From a virus: DNA of 64,000 nt. Both the position numbers and the translations under genes were made by a program. The notes below the pieces were generated by a model. The model did not search any database. It was not told the origin of the DNA and worked only from the letters and a program-made list of their open reading frames with translations. Below, in pieces: positions 9,536-19,855 of this stretch (position 1 is the first letter of the stretch; each line of letters starts with the position of its first letter). The stretch spans positions 32,001 through 96,000 of IMG/VR virus record IMGVR_UViG_3300017784_007549; one strand, given 5' to 3'.

Positions 9536-10092
9536 TGGGCAAAGTAAATTTTAATGTTAAAAATGCCATAGAAGAAATTGAAGCATTTCAAGAAAAAGTA
9601 GAAGAAGTTGCCTATGAAAAATATCAAGATGGCAAAGAAAAGTTTTTAGATGATTTTGAAAATCATCCAGTCACTCAAGAAATAGAAGCTGGAGGAGGGG
9701 CATCAAATTCTTCAAATACTTTAAATGGAGTTGGCAATTTATTTAGTTATATTGGTTTTTATCAAAATCAAAATCCAATATCAGATCTTAAAAAAATATT
9801 AAATGAAAATTTTAGTTTCAAAAAAAAGGGTAAAAATGTATTTGTAATAAAATACCCAGATTTAGAAAAAATTAAATCTCAAACTCCTATGCCTTGGGAA
9901 GGCGGAAGAAGCTGGGTTATTGGAATAGAAAGAGGTATATCTGGTTTTGGATATTATTTGTATAAAAAATTCAACGAAGGCAGATCAAAAGAAGGTATTC
10001 AAACTCAAAATAAAGTTAGAAGCTCTTCTTTTAAAAAAGTAAGATATATGTCAGAAATTATAAACAATTTTGTAAAGAATATAAATAAATGA
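9535..10092 (+). CDS. Putative neck/tail-completion protein
   Basis: 185 aa, basic C-terminus; synteny. Confidence 0.4.
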   Translation: MGKVNFNVKNAIEEIEAFQEKVEEVAYEKYQDGKEKFLDDFENHPVTQEIEAGGGASNSSNTLNGVGNLFSYIGFYQNQNPISDLKKILNENFSFKKKGKNVFVIKYPDLEKIKSQTPMPWEGGRSWVIGIERGISGFGYYLYKKFNEGRSKEGIQTQNKVRSSSFKKVRYMSEIINNFVKNINK

Positions 10093-10928
10093 AAGCGCAA
10101 TTAGATAATGTTTTAATGTCTAGTATGATAATGTGGATGGATAATACTATACTTAAAAGAGGCGAAGCTTTTCAAAATTACAATAGTCAATTTTATCCTA
10201 TTACAAATATTTATAATGGATTTTATAGTTATGGATTACCATTTAAACAAGTAGTTAATGATAGCTCTATTAGTGGTGCTAATTTATTATCTGGAGTTTA
10301 TGTTAATAATTCATTTATTACAATTGGCCAAAGTGGATTAACTGGGATTAGTCCTTATCAAGGTCAAGCATATTTTACTGAAAGTCAAGCTGGCAAAACA
10401 ATTAGTGGTACTTATGCTGTAAAAGATTTTAATATATATTTAACAAATCAATCAGAAGAAGAACTATTATTTGAAACAGAATATAGGACTAAACCAAAAA
10501 CTACTCAAAATCCAACAGGACTAGCTATTGAAGCTATAACTTATCCTTGCATATTCCTTAAAAATAACGGCGGTACTAATGAACCATTTGCCTTTGGAGG
10601 CCAAGATCAGACTATGATGGAAGTTAGGGCTGTAGTTTTAGCTGATAATATGTTTAATTTAGATGCTGTTTGTAGTCTGTTAAAAGATACAGCTAGAAAA
10701 TATGTACCATTAATTAATAATAGCCCATTTAATACTTTTGGAGCATTAAATAGCGGATATTATAACTATAATAGTTTAACAGCAGGAATTGATGTATCTA
10801 ATGACGCTTTTTATATCACAGAAGTTAATATTAGCAAAATATTTGCTAATTTAAATACAAAAAATACCCAAGTATTTCCAGCCTTTGTAGACTTTACTTT
10901 AAGTAATATACGCTATCCAAGGTGTTAA
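10089..10928 (+). CDS. Putative tail terminator protein
   Basis: YPCIFL...PFAFGG pattern; immediately upstream of the tail tube gene. Confidence 0.5.
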   Translation: MKAQLDNVLMSSMIMWMDNTILKRGEAFQNYNSQFYPITNIYNGFYSYGLPFKQVVNDSSISGANLLSGVYVNNSFITIGQSGLTGISPYQGQAYFTESQAGKTISGTYAVKDFNIYLTNQSEEELLFETEYRTKPKTTQNPTGLAIEAITYPCIFLKNNGGTNEPFAFGGQDQTMMEVRAVVLADNMFNLDAVCSLLKDTARKYVPLINNSPFNTFGALNSGYYNYNSLTAGIDVSNDAFYITEVNISKIFANLNTKNTQVFPAFVDFTLSNIRYPRC

Positions 10929-10994
10929 AAACAACTTCTCTTGATATGAGATTAACTGTAATAAAAGACAAGACTTCAAAGGAGAAATAAAAAT

Positions 10995-12077
10995 ATGCCA
11001 AGAAAAAGAGTAATTTATCAAAGTGAAGCGCTTTTCGTAGGAGCTACAGGAGCCGCAACACCAACACAACTTCACAGAGTTCAAAACGCAAATTATGGTT
11101 TCGATATCACAAGAACAGACGTTAATCAATACGGACAATTAGCCGCAATTGATCGCGTTATCGTTGAACAACCAACAGTAAGTTTAGATTTTAGTTATTA
11201 TGCTAGTTCTGGTCAGAATGAACAAGCTTTGGGTTTCTTTTTAGGAACTACAAAAGGTGCTTTGGCTGATATCCTTTCTGGTGGAAGAGATATTAATAAT
11301 TATTATATTTATGTTTCTCCAGAAGGCTCAGATGCAAATATTGATACAAGTGCAACAGGCTTAAATGGATCTCAAGGTCGAGTAATTGGTATTGGTAATG
11401 GTGGTTTAACATCTTATTCAATCGAAGCTGCAGTTGGAGGTTTCCCAACTGTATCAGTTGCCGCCGAAGGATTGAATATGAAATTCTATGGAGCAACAAC
11501 AGGTTTTACACCTGATGTAAACCCTACTGATGGTTCTGCAAATAGCGCAAGCACATTCGCAATTCCATTGCCGAACACAGGAGTTGGATACACTGCACTT
11601 CGCCCCGGAGATATCTTGTTAAATATTTCTGGTCTTGGCGTAAATGCAAGTGATTTAAAAATTCAAAACTTCTCACTATCAACTGATATTGGTCGTGATT
11701 CAATTCAAAAATTGGGAAGCAAGTTTGCTTTCTCAAGAGAAATTACATTCCCAGTTGTAGTCTCAGCTAGTGTAGAAGCTATTATCGGTGATATCGGTGG
11801 AACTGATAATATTGGTAATGCTTTAACAGACCTTAGTTGTAACGACGGAAGTAGCTACAATCTAACATTTAACCTTGGTGCTCCAAGTAATAATTGTGAT
11901 ACTAGCTATACTCCATATGCATTACAATATACCTTAAAAGGTGCTAAATTAGATTCACAATCATTTAGCTCTGCAATCGGTGATAATAAATCCGTAACAT
12001 TGGGTTTCAGTGCTCAAATCGGTGGACCTAGTGATCTAAATAAAGGATTATTTATTGCTAATAACTTGGCAAGTTAA
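10995..12077 (+). CDS. Major tail tube protein
   Basis: 360 aa; LHRVQNANYGFDITRTDVNQYG tube-like pattern; strong AAAGGAGA SD; followed by an intrinsic terminator; upstream of chaperones and TMP. Confidence 0.7.
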   Translation: MPRKRVIYQSEALFVGATGAATPTQLHRVQNANYGFDITRTDVNQYGQLAAIDRVIVEQPTVSLDFSYYASSGQNEQALGFFLGTTKGALADILSGGRDINNYYIYVSPEGSDANIDTSATGLNGSQGRVIGIGNGGLTSYSIEAAVGGFPTVSVAAEGLNMKFYGATTGFTPDVNPTDGSANSASTFAIPLPNTGVGYTALRPGDILLNISGLGVNASDLKIQNFSLSTDIGRDSIQKLGSKFAFSREITFPVVVSASVEAIIGDIGGTDNIGNALTDLSCNDGSSYNLTFNLGAPSNNCDTSYTPYALQYTLKGAKLDSQSFSSAIGDNKSVTLGFSAQIGGPSDLNKGLFIANNLAS

Positions 12078-12105
12078 TATCTTAAAATAAAATTTAAATA
12101 TTACT

Positions 12106-12130
12106 AAGACCCCGCGAAAGCGGGGTTTTT
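12106..12130 (+). terminator. Rho-independent terminator
   Basis: aagaccccgc-GAAA-gcggggttttt hairpin with GNRA loop and U-tract after the tube gene. Confidence 0.9.
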
Positions 12131-12131
12131 A

Positions 12132-12137
12132 GTGTAA
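12132..12137 (+). promoter_or_regulatory. GTGTAA putative late-promoter element
   Basis: Directly after the terminator, where transcription must restart. Confidence 0.65.
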
Positions 12138-12172
12138 AGATAGATAAGGCACAAGGAAAAGATTAAAGGCTT

Positions 12173-12460
12173 ATGGAAACAGATCCTAAACTTAAGGAAT
12201 TTCTATTATTTCAAGTACATAGAAATATTACCTCTCTTTATAAGAGATATCTTAATTTAATAGAAGATATCCAAGAAGAGCATATTAATATGCTTAATAA
12301 ATTGAATAGTAAAATAGACCAAGAGACATTAAAAAATGTTGATTATTTTGATGATAATAAGTATAATTATTTAAGGAAAAAAATATTAGATTTAGGAAAT
12401 GAAACATCAAGAGATATAATCAAAAATTTTGAACTTTTAAGTATAGAAATAAAAAAATGA
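12173..12460 (+). CDS. Hypothetical protein
   Basis: 95-aa ORF in operon context. Confidence 0.7.
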   Translation: METDPKLKEFLLFQVHRNITSLYKRYLNLIEDIQEEHINMLNKLNSKIDQETLKNVDYFDDNKYNYLRKKILDLGNETSRDIIKNFELLSIEIKK

Positions 12461-12714
12461 AAACTAAATTAGTATTTAATTATCCTATTGAGGAAACTTT
12501 ATCAGCCGTATTGTCTATGCAAACTATACAAAGGACTCTTGAGAAAGAGTTTAAGATTAAATATTTTAATTTTGAATCTTTTATCAAAAGCAAGTCGTTG
12601 CAATATATAAAGACTTGGGATTTAGAAAAGCAAAATAAATTTATTAGGACAATTGGTGGAGTTAAGAACTTTAATAAAACTAAAGACTTTTTGAAATCTA
12701 AGAGTTTGCTATAA
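12457..12714 (+). CDS. Hypothetical protein
   Basis: 85-aa ORF, ATGA overlap. Confidence 0.65.
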   Translation: MKTKLVFNYPIEETLSAVLSMQTIQRTLEKEFKIKYFNFESFIKSKSLQYIKTWDLEKQNKFIRTIGGVKNFNKTKDFLKSKSLL

Positions 12715-12723
12715 GGAGAAAAA

Positions 12724-13512
12724 ATGAAATGGCTACATGAATTTGCAGTAAATGACGAAAAAGAAGTCGAACAAATTGAAAGTTCAATTGACGTTCAAGG
12801 TAATGAAGTCAAGACCACCAAAAAAGTTAAAAAAATTGTTCAACTTAAATTTAAGATACGAAAACCAACAAGAAAATTATTCGATGAAGCAGAGTTATTT
12901 TATGGTATCAAATTATCAGAAGGAATTAAAGCTGGTCTATTGACAAAAGCTCTTCTTGCTAAAAGATATCAAAATGATGGTGGAGCTATGAGTGAACCAG
13001 AAAAAGACAAGTATACTCAACTTTATGTTGACCTTTATTCTAAAGAAGCAGAGTTCCAAAAAGTATCACTTAATTTAGAGAATGTTTCCCCAGAAGATAA
13101 AGCCTCAAAGGTCGCTAGTTTATTGGGTGAACTTATTGAAATCCGTAATCAACTACAAACTTTAGAATTCTCTCAAATAGCATTATTTGATCAAACCGCA
13201 GAGAATAGAGCAAGAAATCAATGCATTATGTGGTGGGTTTTGAATCTTGGTTACATTGAAGATCAAGAAATAAATGATTTTTCTCCAGTGTTTAAGGGCA
13301 AAACATTTGAAGAAAAACTTGATCATTATGATTCTTTAGAAGAGTCTGGTGGTTTATTTTGGAATGAAGTATTTAAAAAATTAGCTTATTTTATAAGTTT
13401 CTGGTATATGGGTAAAATATCTTCTCAAGAAGACTTTCTTAAAGCAGAGCAATTTTATATACCAACTCAAAAAGAACTAGAAGAAGACGCAAAAGTAAGT
13501 GACGCTAAATAA
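12724..13512 (+). CDS. Putative tail assembly chaperone
   Basis: Acidic helical protein between tube and TMP; AAGGAG SD. Confidence 0.55.
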   Translation: MKWLHEFAVNDEKEVEQIESSIDVQGNEVKTTKKVKKIVQLKFKIRKPTRKLFDEAELFYGIKLSEGIKAGLLTKALLAKRYQNDGGAMSEPEKDKYTQLYVDLYSKEAEFQKVSLNLENVSPEDKASKVASLLGELIEIRNQLQTLEFSQIALFDQTAENRARNQCIMWWVLNLGYIEDQEINDFSPVFKGKTFEEKLDHYDSLEESGGLFWNEVFKKLAYFISFWYMGKISSQEDFLKAEQFYIPTQKELEEDAKVSDAK

Positions 13513-14500
13513 TGAATATAGATTTTTAAGAAAATTATATAAAGATATTCTTTTAGGATATTCTTATGTAGCTTCTGAAAAAATTTATATCAAACATCCA
13601 TATGAAGTGGATCTTGGATCAATAGAAGATCTTTACATTCAACATTTTAATGAAGCTAAAATTCGTGGGCTTGCAGACGAAAAAGATAAAATAAAAGAAT
13701 TATGCGAAGCTGAATTGTGGACTGAAGAAAAAGAAAAAAAGATAGTTTCGAATAAAAAAGAAATTTCCAACTTAAGAGATACAATTAGAAAACTTTTCAT
13801 TAAAAGTCAAGTTAATTCAGTAAATAATAAAATTAAAAGCATAGAACAAGAATGCCAAACTATAGAAAAAGAAAGAGAAGAACTTATTGGTATAACAGCT
13901 GAAAAATACGCTAATAAAAGATCAAATGAAATGATTATCTATAGATCAATATTTAAAGATGAAAATTTAAAAGAAAATCTATTCACAGAAGAAACTTTTG
14001 ATGAGCTTGATAGTAATGAACTTAAAAAATATATCATGATATATAACACAATCACAGAATACTTTAACCAAAAGAACATTAAGAAAATAGCTGCATTACC
14101 ATTCTTTTTAAATACAATATTCTTAACAGAAGATAATATATATACGTTCTATGGTAAACCTATAGTAAGTTTGTCTACATTTCAATTAGATTTATTTTCT
14201 AATGCTAGAATTTATAAAAATATATTATCAAAAGGTGTTGCTCCGCTTGAAGAATACTATCAGAATCTTGATGATCTTATTAATTGGTATGAACTTAATA
14301 AGAACATAGGTAGTGCTTCAGAAGTTAAGCATAGAACTAAAAATACAGATGGCGCAACCTACATTGGCGCTTCTAGAGACGAAATTAAGACAATTAATCA
14401 ATTTGATAGTAAAGATGAAATAGTAGATATATCAAAAGAAGCAGAAAAACAAGGTGGTGAACTTAGCATGCAAGATATAATAAAATTACATGGATTATAA
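13499..14500 (+). CDS. Putative tail assembly chaperone, apparent paralog of the upstream gene
   Basis: Directly before TMP; shares TAExxA...F..[KE]TF[ED]E pattern. Confidence 0.55.
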   Translation: MTLNNEYRFLRKLYKDILLGYSYVASEKIYIKHPYEVDLGSIEDLYIQHFNEAKIRGLADEKDKIKELCEAELWTEEKEKKIVSNKKEISNLRDTIRKLFIKSQVNSVNNKIKSIEQECQTIEKEREELIGITAEKYANKRSNEMIIYRSIFKDENLKENLFTEETFDELDSNELKKYIMIYNTITEYFNQKNIKKIAALPFFLNTIFLTEDNIYTFYGKPIVSLSTFQLDLFSNARIYKNILSKGVAPLEEYYQNLDDLINWYELNKNIGSASEVKHRTKNTDGATYIGASRDEIKTINQFDSKDEIVDISKEAEKQGGELSMQDIIKLHGL

Positions 14501-14529
14501 CTATAATAACTATAATAATTAAAAATATC

Positions 14530-14535
14530 GTGTAA
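14530..14535 (+). promoter_or_regulatory. GTGTAA putative late-promoter element
   Basis: 12 nt before the TMP ATG; preceded by a 9-bp tandem duplication ATAACTATA (14497-14514). Confidence 0.65.
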
Positions 14536-14547
14536 TATTATTATAGT

Positions 14548-17500
14548 ATGGCACAAGGGAATAATCAATTACAGGTTAATGTAGTAGCTAATGTAAGGGC
14601 CGCTCAAGCTGCCATTAATAAATTAGCGGCTAAACCAGTTAATTTGACCATTAATCCTAAAGGATTTAGTCAGCCTTTAGGAAAAATACAAGGGCAATTA
14701 GGTGAATTTGAAAAATCGTTAGAAGCGTCTAACGCTCGTGTTATTGCGTTCGGAGCCTCTGCTAGCGCCATTTACGCTGTTCAAAAAGCCTTTTCAGAGA
14801 GCGTTAAGTCTGCTATTGAAGTAGAAAAAGCTCTGAAAGATATTAACGTTATATTAAATTTAACAGATCAAAGCTTGGGTCAGTTTGGAACAAGTCTTTT
14901 TGATATTGCTAAAAATACAGGTAATACATTTTCAGCAGTTGCCATAGCCGCTACAGAATTATCTCGTCAAGGTTTAGGAGTTAATGAAACTTTAAAAAGA
15001 ACTCAAGATGCTCTTATATTAACTCGTCTTTCTGGATTAGGTGCGGCTGAATCTGTAGAAGCAATTACAGCTACTCTTAATGGTTTCCAAAAAGCAGCTT
15101 TATCATCTACAGATGTTATCAATAAATTAGCCGCAGTTGATGCCAATTTTGCTGTTAGCTCTGGTGATTTAGCTGAAGCTATTAAAAGAGTTGGTAGTAG
15201 CGCAGAAGATGCAGGAGTTAGCTTTGATGAACTTCTTGCTATTGTAACTTCTGCTCAACAAATTACTGCGCGAGGTGGTTCAGTTATTGGTAATAGCTTT
15301 AAAACAATTTTTACAAGACTACAAAGACCAAAAGTTTTAGAAGATTTACAACAATTAGGAATTGAAACTCAAACTGCAGAAGGCAACACAAAGCCTTTAA
15401 TCCAAATTTTAAGTGATCTCGCAAAAACATTTGATGTTTTGAACGATAGTCAAAGAGCAGCTATTGCAGAACAAGTCGGTGGTGTTTTCCAAATTAATAT
15501 TTTAAAAGCTGCGTTAGGAGATTTAAACAAAGAATATTCGGTTTTTTCTAATGCTTTGAAAACTTCTACTGGTGCAACTGACGAAGCTATAAGAAGAAAT
15601 GAAGCTTTAAATACAACTCTTGCATCATTAATAAATAAAACTCTAGCTAATTTAACTGCAGCTGGGGCAAAAATTGGTGAATTAAGTCTTGCTCCAGCCT
15701 TAAAAAAAGTTTTTGGTGGATTGAATACTGTATTAGAAAGTTTTGGAAGTGGCGATAGTGAAGATTTTGGTTCTAAAATTGGAGAAGGTTTACTTAAAGG
15801 CATAGGAAACTTTTTAAGTGGTCCGGGTATTATTATTGCAACAAAAGCTTTATTTAGTATTTTTGAAAGATTAACTGTATTCTCAGCAGATGCAGTTAAA
15901 ACTCTTTTAGGGTTAAATGTGCAAGCAACTCAGCAAGCTCAAATTCAACAACAAATAAATACTTTATTAAGTCAAAATCCATCAATTATAGCTCAAATTG
16001 TCAGTGGACAAACTACCTTACAAGATATACAAGATAATATTTTGAATACAATTAAAGCTCAAACTCTTGCGATGGAACAACAAGTAACCTTATCAAAAGC
16101 TTTAGCTACATCATTAAGTGCAGCTGGAGTTTCTATTGGTGCTTCTGGAGCAACTAAAGGGAGATTGCAAGCTAAAGCTGGTGGATACATGCCAAATGCA
16201 TTCAAGCAAGAAGAAGCTAGTGCCATGAATTTGGGCGCAGTAAACCCAAAAGCTCAATTTTCAAAAGGTACAATTGGTGGCAAAAAATTTATTAAAAATA
16301 ATAAAGAAATTGAAATTCCTAATTTTGGTAAAAATGGAGATTCAGCAGTTATTCCAATGTATGGATCAGTTGGTGATAAAAGACAAAAAGAACTTTATGA
16401 TAAATTAAAGTTTTTGGGATTTGTGCCAAATTTTGCGCAATTAGAAGATATTGAATTAAAAGGATATCAAAAGAAGGTTGGTGTTTTATTAGGAACTGGC
16501 GGATCTGGTCTTGTAGATTATACAGAACCTGCTTCACAAATTCCTGCACTTAAAGGACAACCTGAATTCAAAGGTAAAAGAATTGTACTTAAAGGTATTC
16601 CTACAAAAGGAGCTTTTCCATTACCAGAAGAAGGAATACAAGGAGCAGAAAAACAATTTGATTCAGTTTTATCCCCATTACTTCGTGATGGTTTGCAAAG
16701 TTTTTCTGAAGCAGTTGGTAAAACAATTCTTGGCAGAAATCCGCAACAAAAACCTAAAGGTGGAGATGTTTATTCTGCATTACAACAAGGAACAAAAGGT
16801 GATATATTTGAATCTGCTGTTCGAGGCGCATTAACAGAAGGGAATTTAGCTGGAGGAGCTGGTCAAGGAGCATTTGACTTTAATCCAAAATCTCCCGCTC
16901 AAAAAGCATTAGTAGATTTTTTTGGTATGGGATTAGGGCCAGATGCTAGAATTGAAAGTAAAATTGGCGCGCAAGCAGCAGAAAATATTCCATCTAAAGT
17001 TATTAGAACATTTACAAACGCATACGCAAATTTAGGAATTACAAAAGAAACAGGAAAAAGAAGTAGCAAAAAACCCGGATTTGGAGCAAAACCTGCCAGA
17101 TTTCAAAATGTATCTGATGGTTTTATTCCTAATTTTTCTAGTGTCAAAGATGCAATGGAAACGGAAAAAAAGATGGGTGGAAGTCCTGCGCTTGATTTCC
17201 AAGAAGGAGTTGGATTATACGTTAGAGATAGAAACACTCAATCTAATTTCTCTGCAGTTAAAAGAGATCATCCAGAAGGTATTAATCAAGCAATAGAAAA
17301 TTCTAGAAAAGCACAAGAAAATCTTGCTAGAGGATTTATCCCTAATTTTGCTTCAACTGCAAGTAGCAATATTGCGAGTAATTCTTCAAATGCTGGAATG
17401 GACGTTCTAAAAAAAGTTTTTTCTGATAAAGAATTACCAAAAGGAATACAAAAATTTAAACAAAATATATTTTTAACTTCATTTGCTTTTTCAACTTTGC

Positions 17501-19824
17501 AAGGGTTAGTAGAATCTTTTAATAAAGATGGAAAAAGTGCATTTGGAAATATTCTTTCTGGCGTATCGCAAGGAGCGTCAACATTTACTTCTCTTGCTGG
17601 AGTTATCCCCGGCCAAGTAGGTTTAATTGTTGGAGCAGTAGCTGGCTTAACTCAAGCTATAGATTCTGTAGCTACAAGCTTTTTAAATGCAGATATTGAA
17701 GAAATAATAAAACAAAGCGCGCAAACTAGTGAAGATTTCAGTAAATTAAGTGATGCAAGTCAAAAATATGCCGTAGCTTTTCAAAAATTACAAGAGATAT
17801 ATAAAAGTAATTCTTCTTATAAAGAAGTTGATAAAGCTGAAAGAGACTTATACGAATCTTTACAAAATATTCCACAAGAATTTAGAAACTTATTTGCTTC
17901 GGCAAGAACTTTAACAGAAGTCCAAGATTTAATATCAAAATCACTTTCAGAAAAAGGAAAAGAAAAAGAAGGCGGAGAATTGGCAAAATTTTTAGGACAA
18001 TCAGTTATTCAAAATAGAGGATCTCCAGTTGGAAGACTTTTAAATTTCGGATCAGCTGGTGGGGCTGAAAAAAATGCAATTTATAGTGGTAAAAAAGGAA
18101 TGAGTTTAGCTACGGAAACCGCGGGACAAATTACGAATAAATTAAGTAGTAAATTTTTAGATGATTTTGAAAATGGATTAATAGATACAACTCAAAGTGG
18201 TTATAATTTTATTAAAATGTTAAAACAATATGGAATTGACGCTCAATCAGCTAGTATATTAACAGGTATATTAGACGACAGTTTACAGGATGGCGAAGGA
18301 ACTACAAAATTATTAGCAAATGCATTATATGAAGAATCTGCAGCGAGAGTACAAGCTATAAAAAAATATAAACAAGGACAAAAAACTAGAGAAGAAGCTC
18401 AGGCAATTGAAGCAGAAGAAGTGAAAATAAAAAGACGTTTAACTGCAGAAACAGAAAATGCTGCGGCTATTTCAGAAATGTATTCAAATGCTCTTCATAG
18501 AACAGCATTACAAGAAAAGAAATTAATTGATATTAGAAGATCGTCTCAATCAGAAATTATTGCTGAAGCTTCTAGATCCAGATTACAAACTGCACAACCG
18601 TTCCTTAGTGAAACAAGTATGGCAAGAGGTCAATATCAAAACGAAGCATTCCAAAGAAAATCTAATTTTCAAACAAAGCAATCGGATATTATGTCTTCTG
18701 CTATTGAACAAATTAGTACTAATTTATCTGAATCTATACAAGGAGAAATAAATAAATTAAGAAGTGAAAATGCACCAAATTCTAAAATTCAAAAATTACA
18801 AAAAAGAAAAGGCGAAATAGCCAATATAGTTCGTCAAGGAGAAAGTCCAGCGCAGATAAGCCAAGCTTTAGAACAATTAGGTCAAGAATTAGCTTTAGAT
18901 GATCAAGCTATTTTAGCTCAAAAAGCAAATGAAATCCTAGCGAACATACAAAATGATCAGCAAAATGCTTTAGTTGAATATCAAAAAGGAAATAATATAG
19001 CACAAGAACAGTTAAGAAATCAATTAATACAAATTCAAGATCAACAAAGATTAAAAGTTGCAGGTGGCGTACAAGGATTTTTAGATCCAAATTCATTCCA
19101 AACTACTTTTGATAATTTTACAAAAAATTTAAATCTATATCGCGAAGAAGGATCAAGATCAGTAATTGCAAGAGGAAGAGGAGCCGCTGGATTACTTTCA
19201 AATACTTTAGATTTTGCAGGAGGAGGATTGCCAATAGGAACTGGTGGAGAATTAGAAGCTTTAAGATCAGAAGCTATTCTTGGAAGAACAGTAGACATAA
19301 GAAATCAATCAAGAGCACTTGGCGCAGATGCTCCGATAGGATTAAGACCAGTATTTAGAGATATCTCTGCAAATGCTAGCGAAATTGCAGCTAAACAAAT
19401 CGACAATTTAATTAAAGATCAAAACATTGGAGATAACGTAGATAAAATAGCCACAACATTACAACAAATTCAAACATCATTAACTCCAAATCTTGGTCCG
19501 ACTAATAATGCAACTCAAAGCTTTGTAAATCAAAGAAATTCAGCTGCAACTAATGTAGCCTCTGCACTACAACCTCTAAAAGGTTCTGTAGATTTAAATA
19601 TACCAAATAATCTTTTAGCTTTGAACGTAAATGGTAAAATATCAGTAGAAGGAGGAAACGTAGAAGTAACATTATCTCCAGATTCTGATCTTACAGCATT
19701 AGTTACTCCAATTATTAATAATTTCATGAATACAGCTAAACAAGATATTAAAAATGAATTTAATAATAGAATATTAAAACTCAGAGAAGAGGCAGGACTA
19801 AGGAGGGAAGCAACAGCAGTATAA
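14548..19824 (+). CDS. Tape measure protein (TP901-family N-terminal domain) with internal inserted modules
   Basis: 1758 aa, A/Q/L-rich helical; TP901-like ELSRQG...GNSFKTIFTRL...AEQVGGVFQ; hydrophobic segment; GF[IV]PNF repeats. Confidence 0.9.
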   Translation: MAQGNNQLQVNVVANVRAAQAAINKLAAKPVNLTINPKGFSQPLGKIQGQLGEFEKSLEASNARVIAFGASASAIYAVQKAFSESVKSAIEVEKALKDINVILNLTDQSLGQFGTSLFDIAKNTGNTFSAVAIAATELSRQGLGVNETLKRTQDALILTRLSGLGAAESVEAITATLNGFQKAALSSTDVINKLAAVDANFAVSSGDLAEAIKRVGSSAEDAGVSFDELLAIVTSAQQITARGGSVIGNSFKTIFTRLQRPKVLEDLQQLGIETQTAEGNTKPLIQILSDLAKTFDVLNDSQRAAIAEQVGGVFQINILKAALGDLNKEYSVFSNALKTSTGATDEAIRRNEALNTTLASLINKTLANLTAAGAKIGELSLAPALKKVFGGLNTVLESFGSGDSEDFGSKIGEGLLKGIGNFLSGPGIIIATKALFSIFERLTVFSADAVKTLLGLNVQATQQAQIQQQINTLLSQNPSIIAQIVSGQTTLQDIQDNILNTIKAQTLAMEQQVTLSKALATSLSAAGVSIGASGATKGRLQAKAGGYMPNAFKQEEASAMNLGAVNPKAQFSKGTIGGKKFIKNNKEIEIPNFGKNGDSAVIPMYGSVGDKRQKELYDKLKFLGFVPNFAQLEDIELKGYQKKVGVLLGTGGSGLVDYTEPASQIPALKGQPEFKGKRIVLKGIPTKGAFPLPEEGIQGAEKQFDSVLSPLLRDGLQSFSEAVGKTILGRNPQQKPKGGDVYSALQQGTKGDIFESAVRGALTEGNLAGGAGQGAFDFNPKSPAQKALVDFFGMGLGPDARIESKIGAQAAENIPSKVIRTFTNAYANLGITKETGKRSSKKPGFGAKPARFQNVSDGFIPNFSSVKDAMETEKKMGGSPALDFQEGVGLYVRDRNTQSNFSAVKRDHPEGINQAIENSRKAQENLARGFIPNFASTASSNIASNSSNAGMDVLKKVFSDKELPKGIQKFKQNIFLTSFAFSTLQGLVESFNKDGKSAFGNILSGVSQGASTFTSLAGVIPGQVGLIVGAVAGLTQAIDSVATSFLNADIEEIIKQSAQTSEDFSKLSDASQKYAVAFQKLQEIYKSNSSYKEVDKAERDLYESLQNIPQEFRNLFASARTLTEVQDLISKSLSEKGKEKEGGELAKFLGQSVIQNRGSPVGRLLNFGSAGGAEKNAIYSGKKGMSLATETAGQITNKLSSKFLDDFENGLIDTTQSGYNFIKMLKQYGIDAQSASILTGILDDSLQDGEGTTKLLANALYEESAARVQAIKKYKQGQKTREEAQAIEAEEVKIKRRLTAETENAAAISEMYSNALHRTALQEKKLIDIRRSSQSEIIAEASRSRLQTAQPFLSETSMARGQYQNEAFQRKSNFQTKQSDIMSSAIEQISTNLSESIQGEINKLRSENAPNSKIQKLQKRKGEIANIVRQGESPAQISQALEQLGQELALDDQAILAQKANEILANIQNDQQNALVEYQKGNNIAQEQLRNQLIQIQDQQRLKVAGGVQGFLDPNSFQTTFDNFTKNLNLYREEGSRSVIARGRGAAGLLSNTLDFAGGGLPIGTGGELEALRSEAILGRTVDIRNQSRALGADAPIGLRPVFRDISANASEIAAKQIDNLIKDQNIGDNVDKIATTLQQIQTSLTPNLGPTNNATQSFVNQRNSAATNVASALQPLKGSVDLNIPNNLLALNVNGKISVEGGNVEVTLSPDSDLTALVTPIINNFMNTAKQDIKNEFNNRILKLREEAGLRREATAV

Positions 19825-19855
19825 AATAAACAAGGGATAAGGAATATAAAGGAAT

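Noticed and set aside
13480-13512. Programmed -1 frameshift between the chaperone genes
   Set aside because: The downstream ORF is in the +1 frame, closed by TAA at 13496-13498, and the 14-nt overlap has no slippery heptamer
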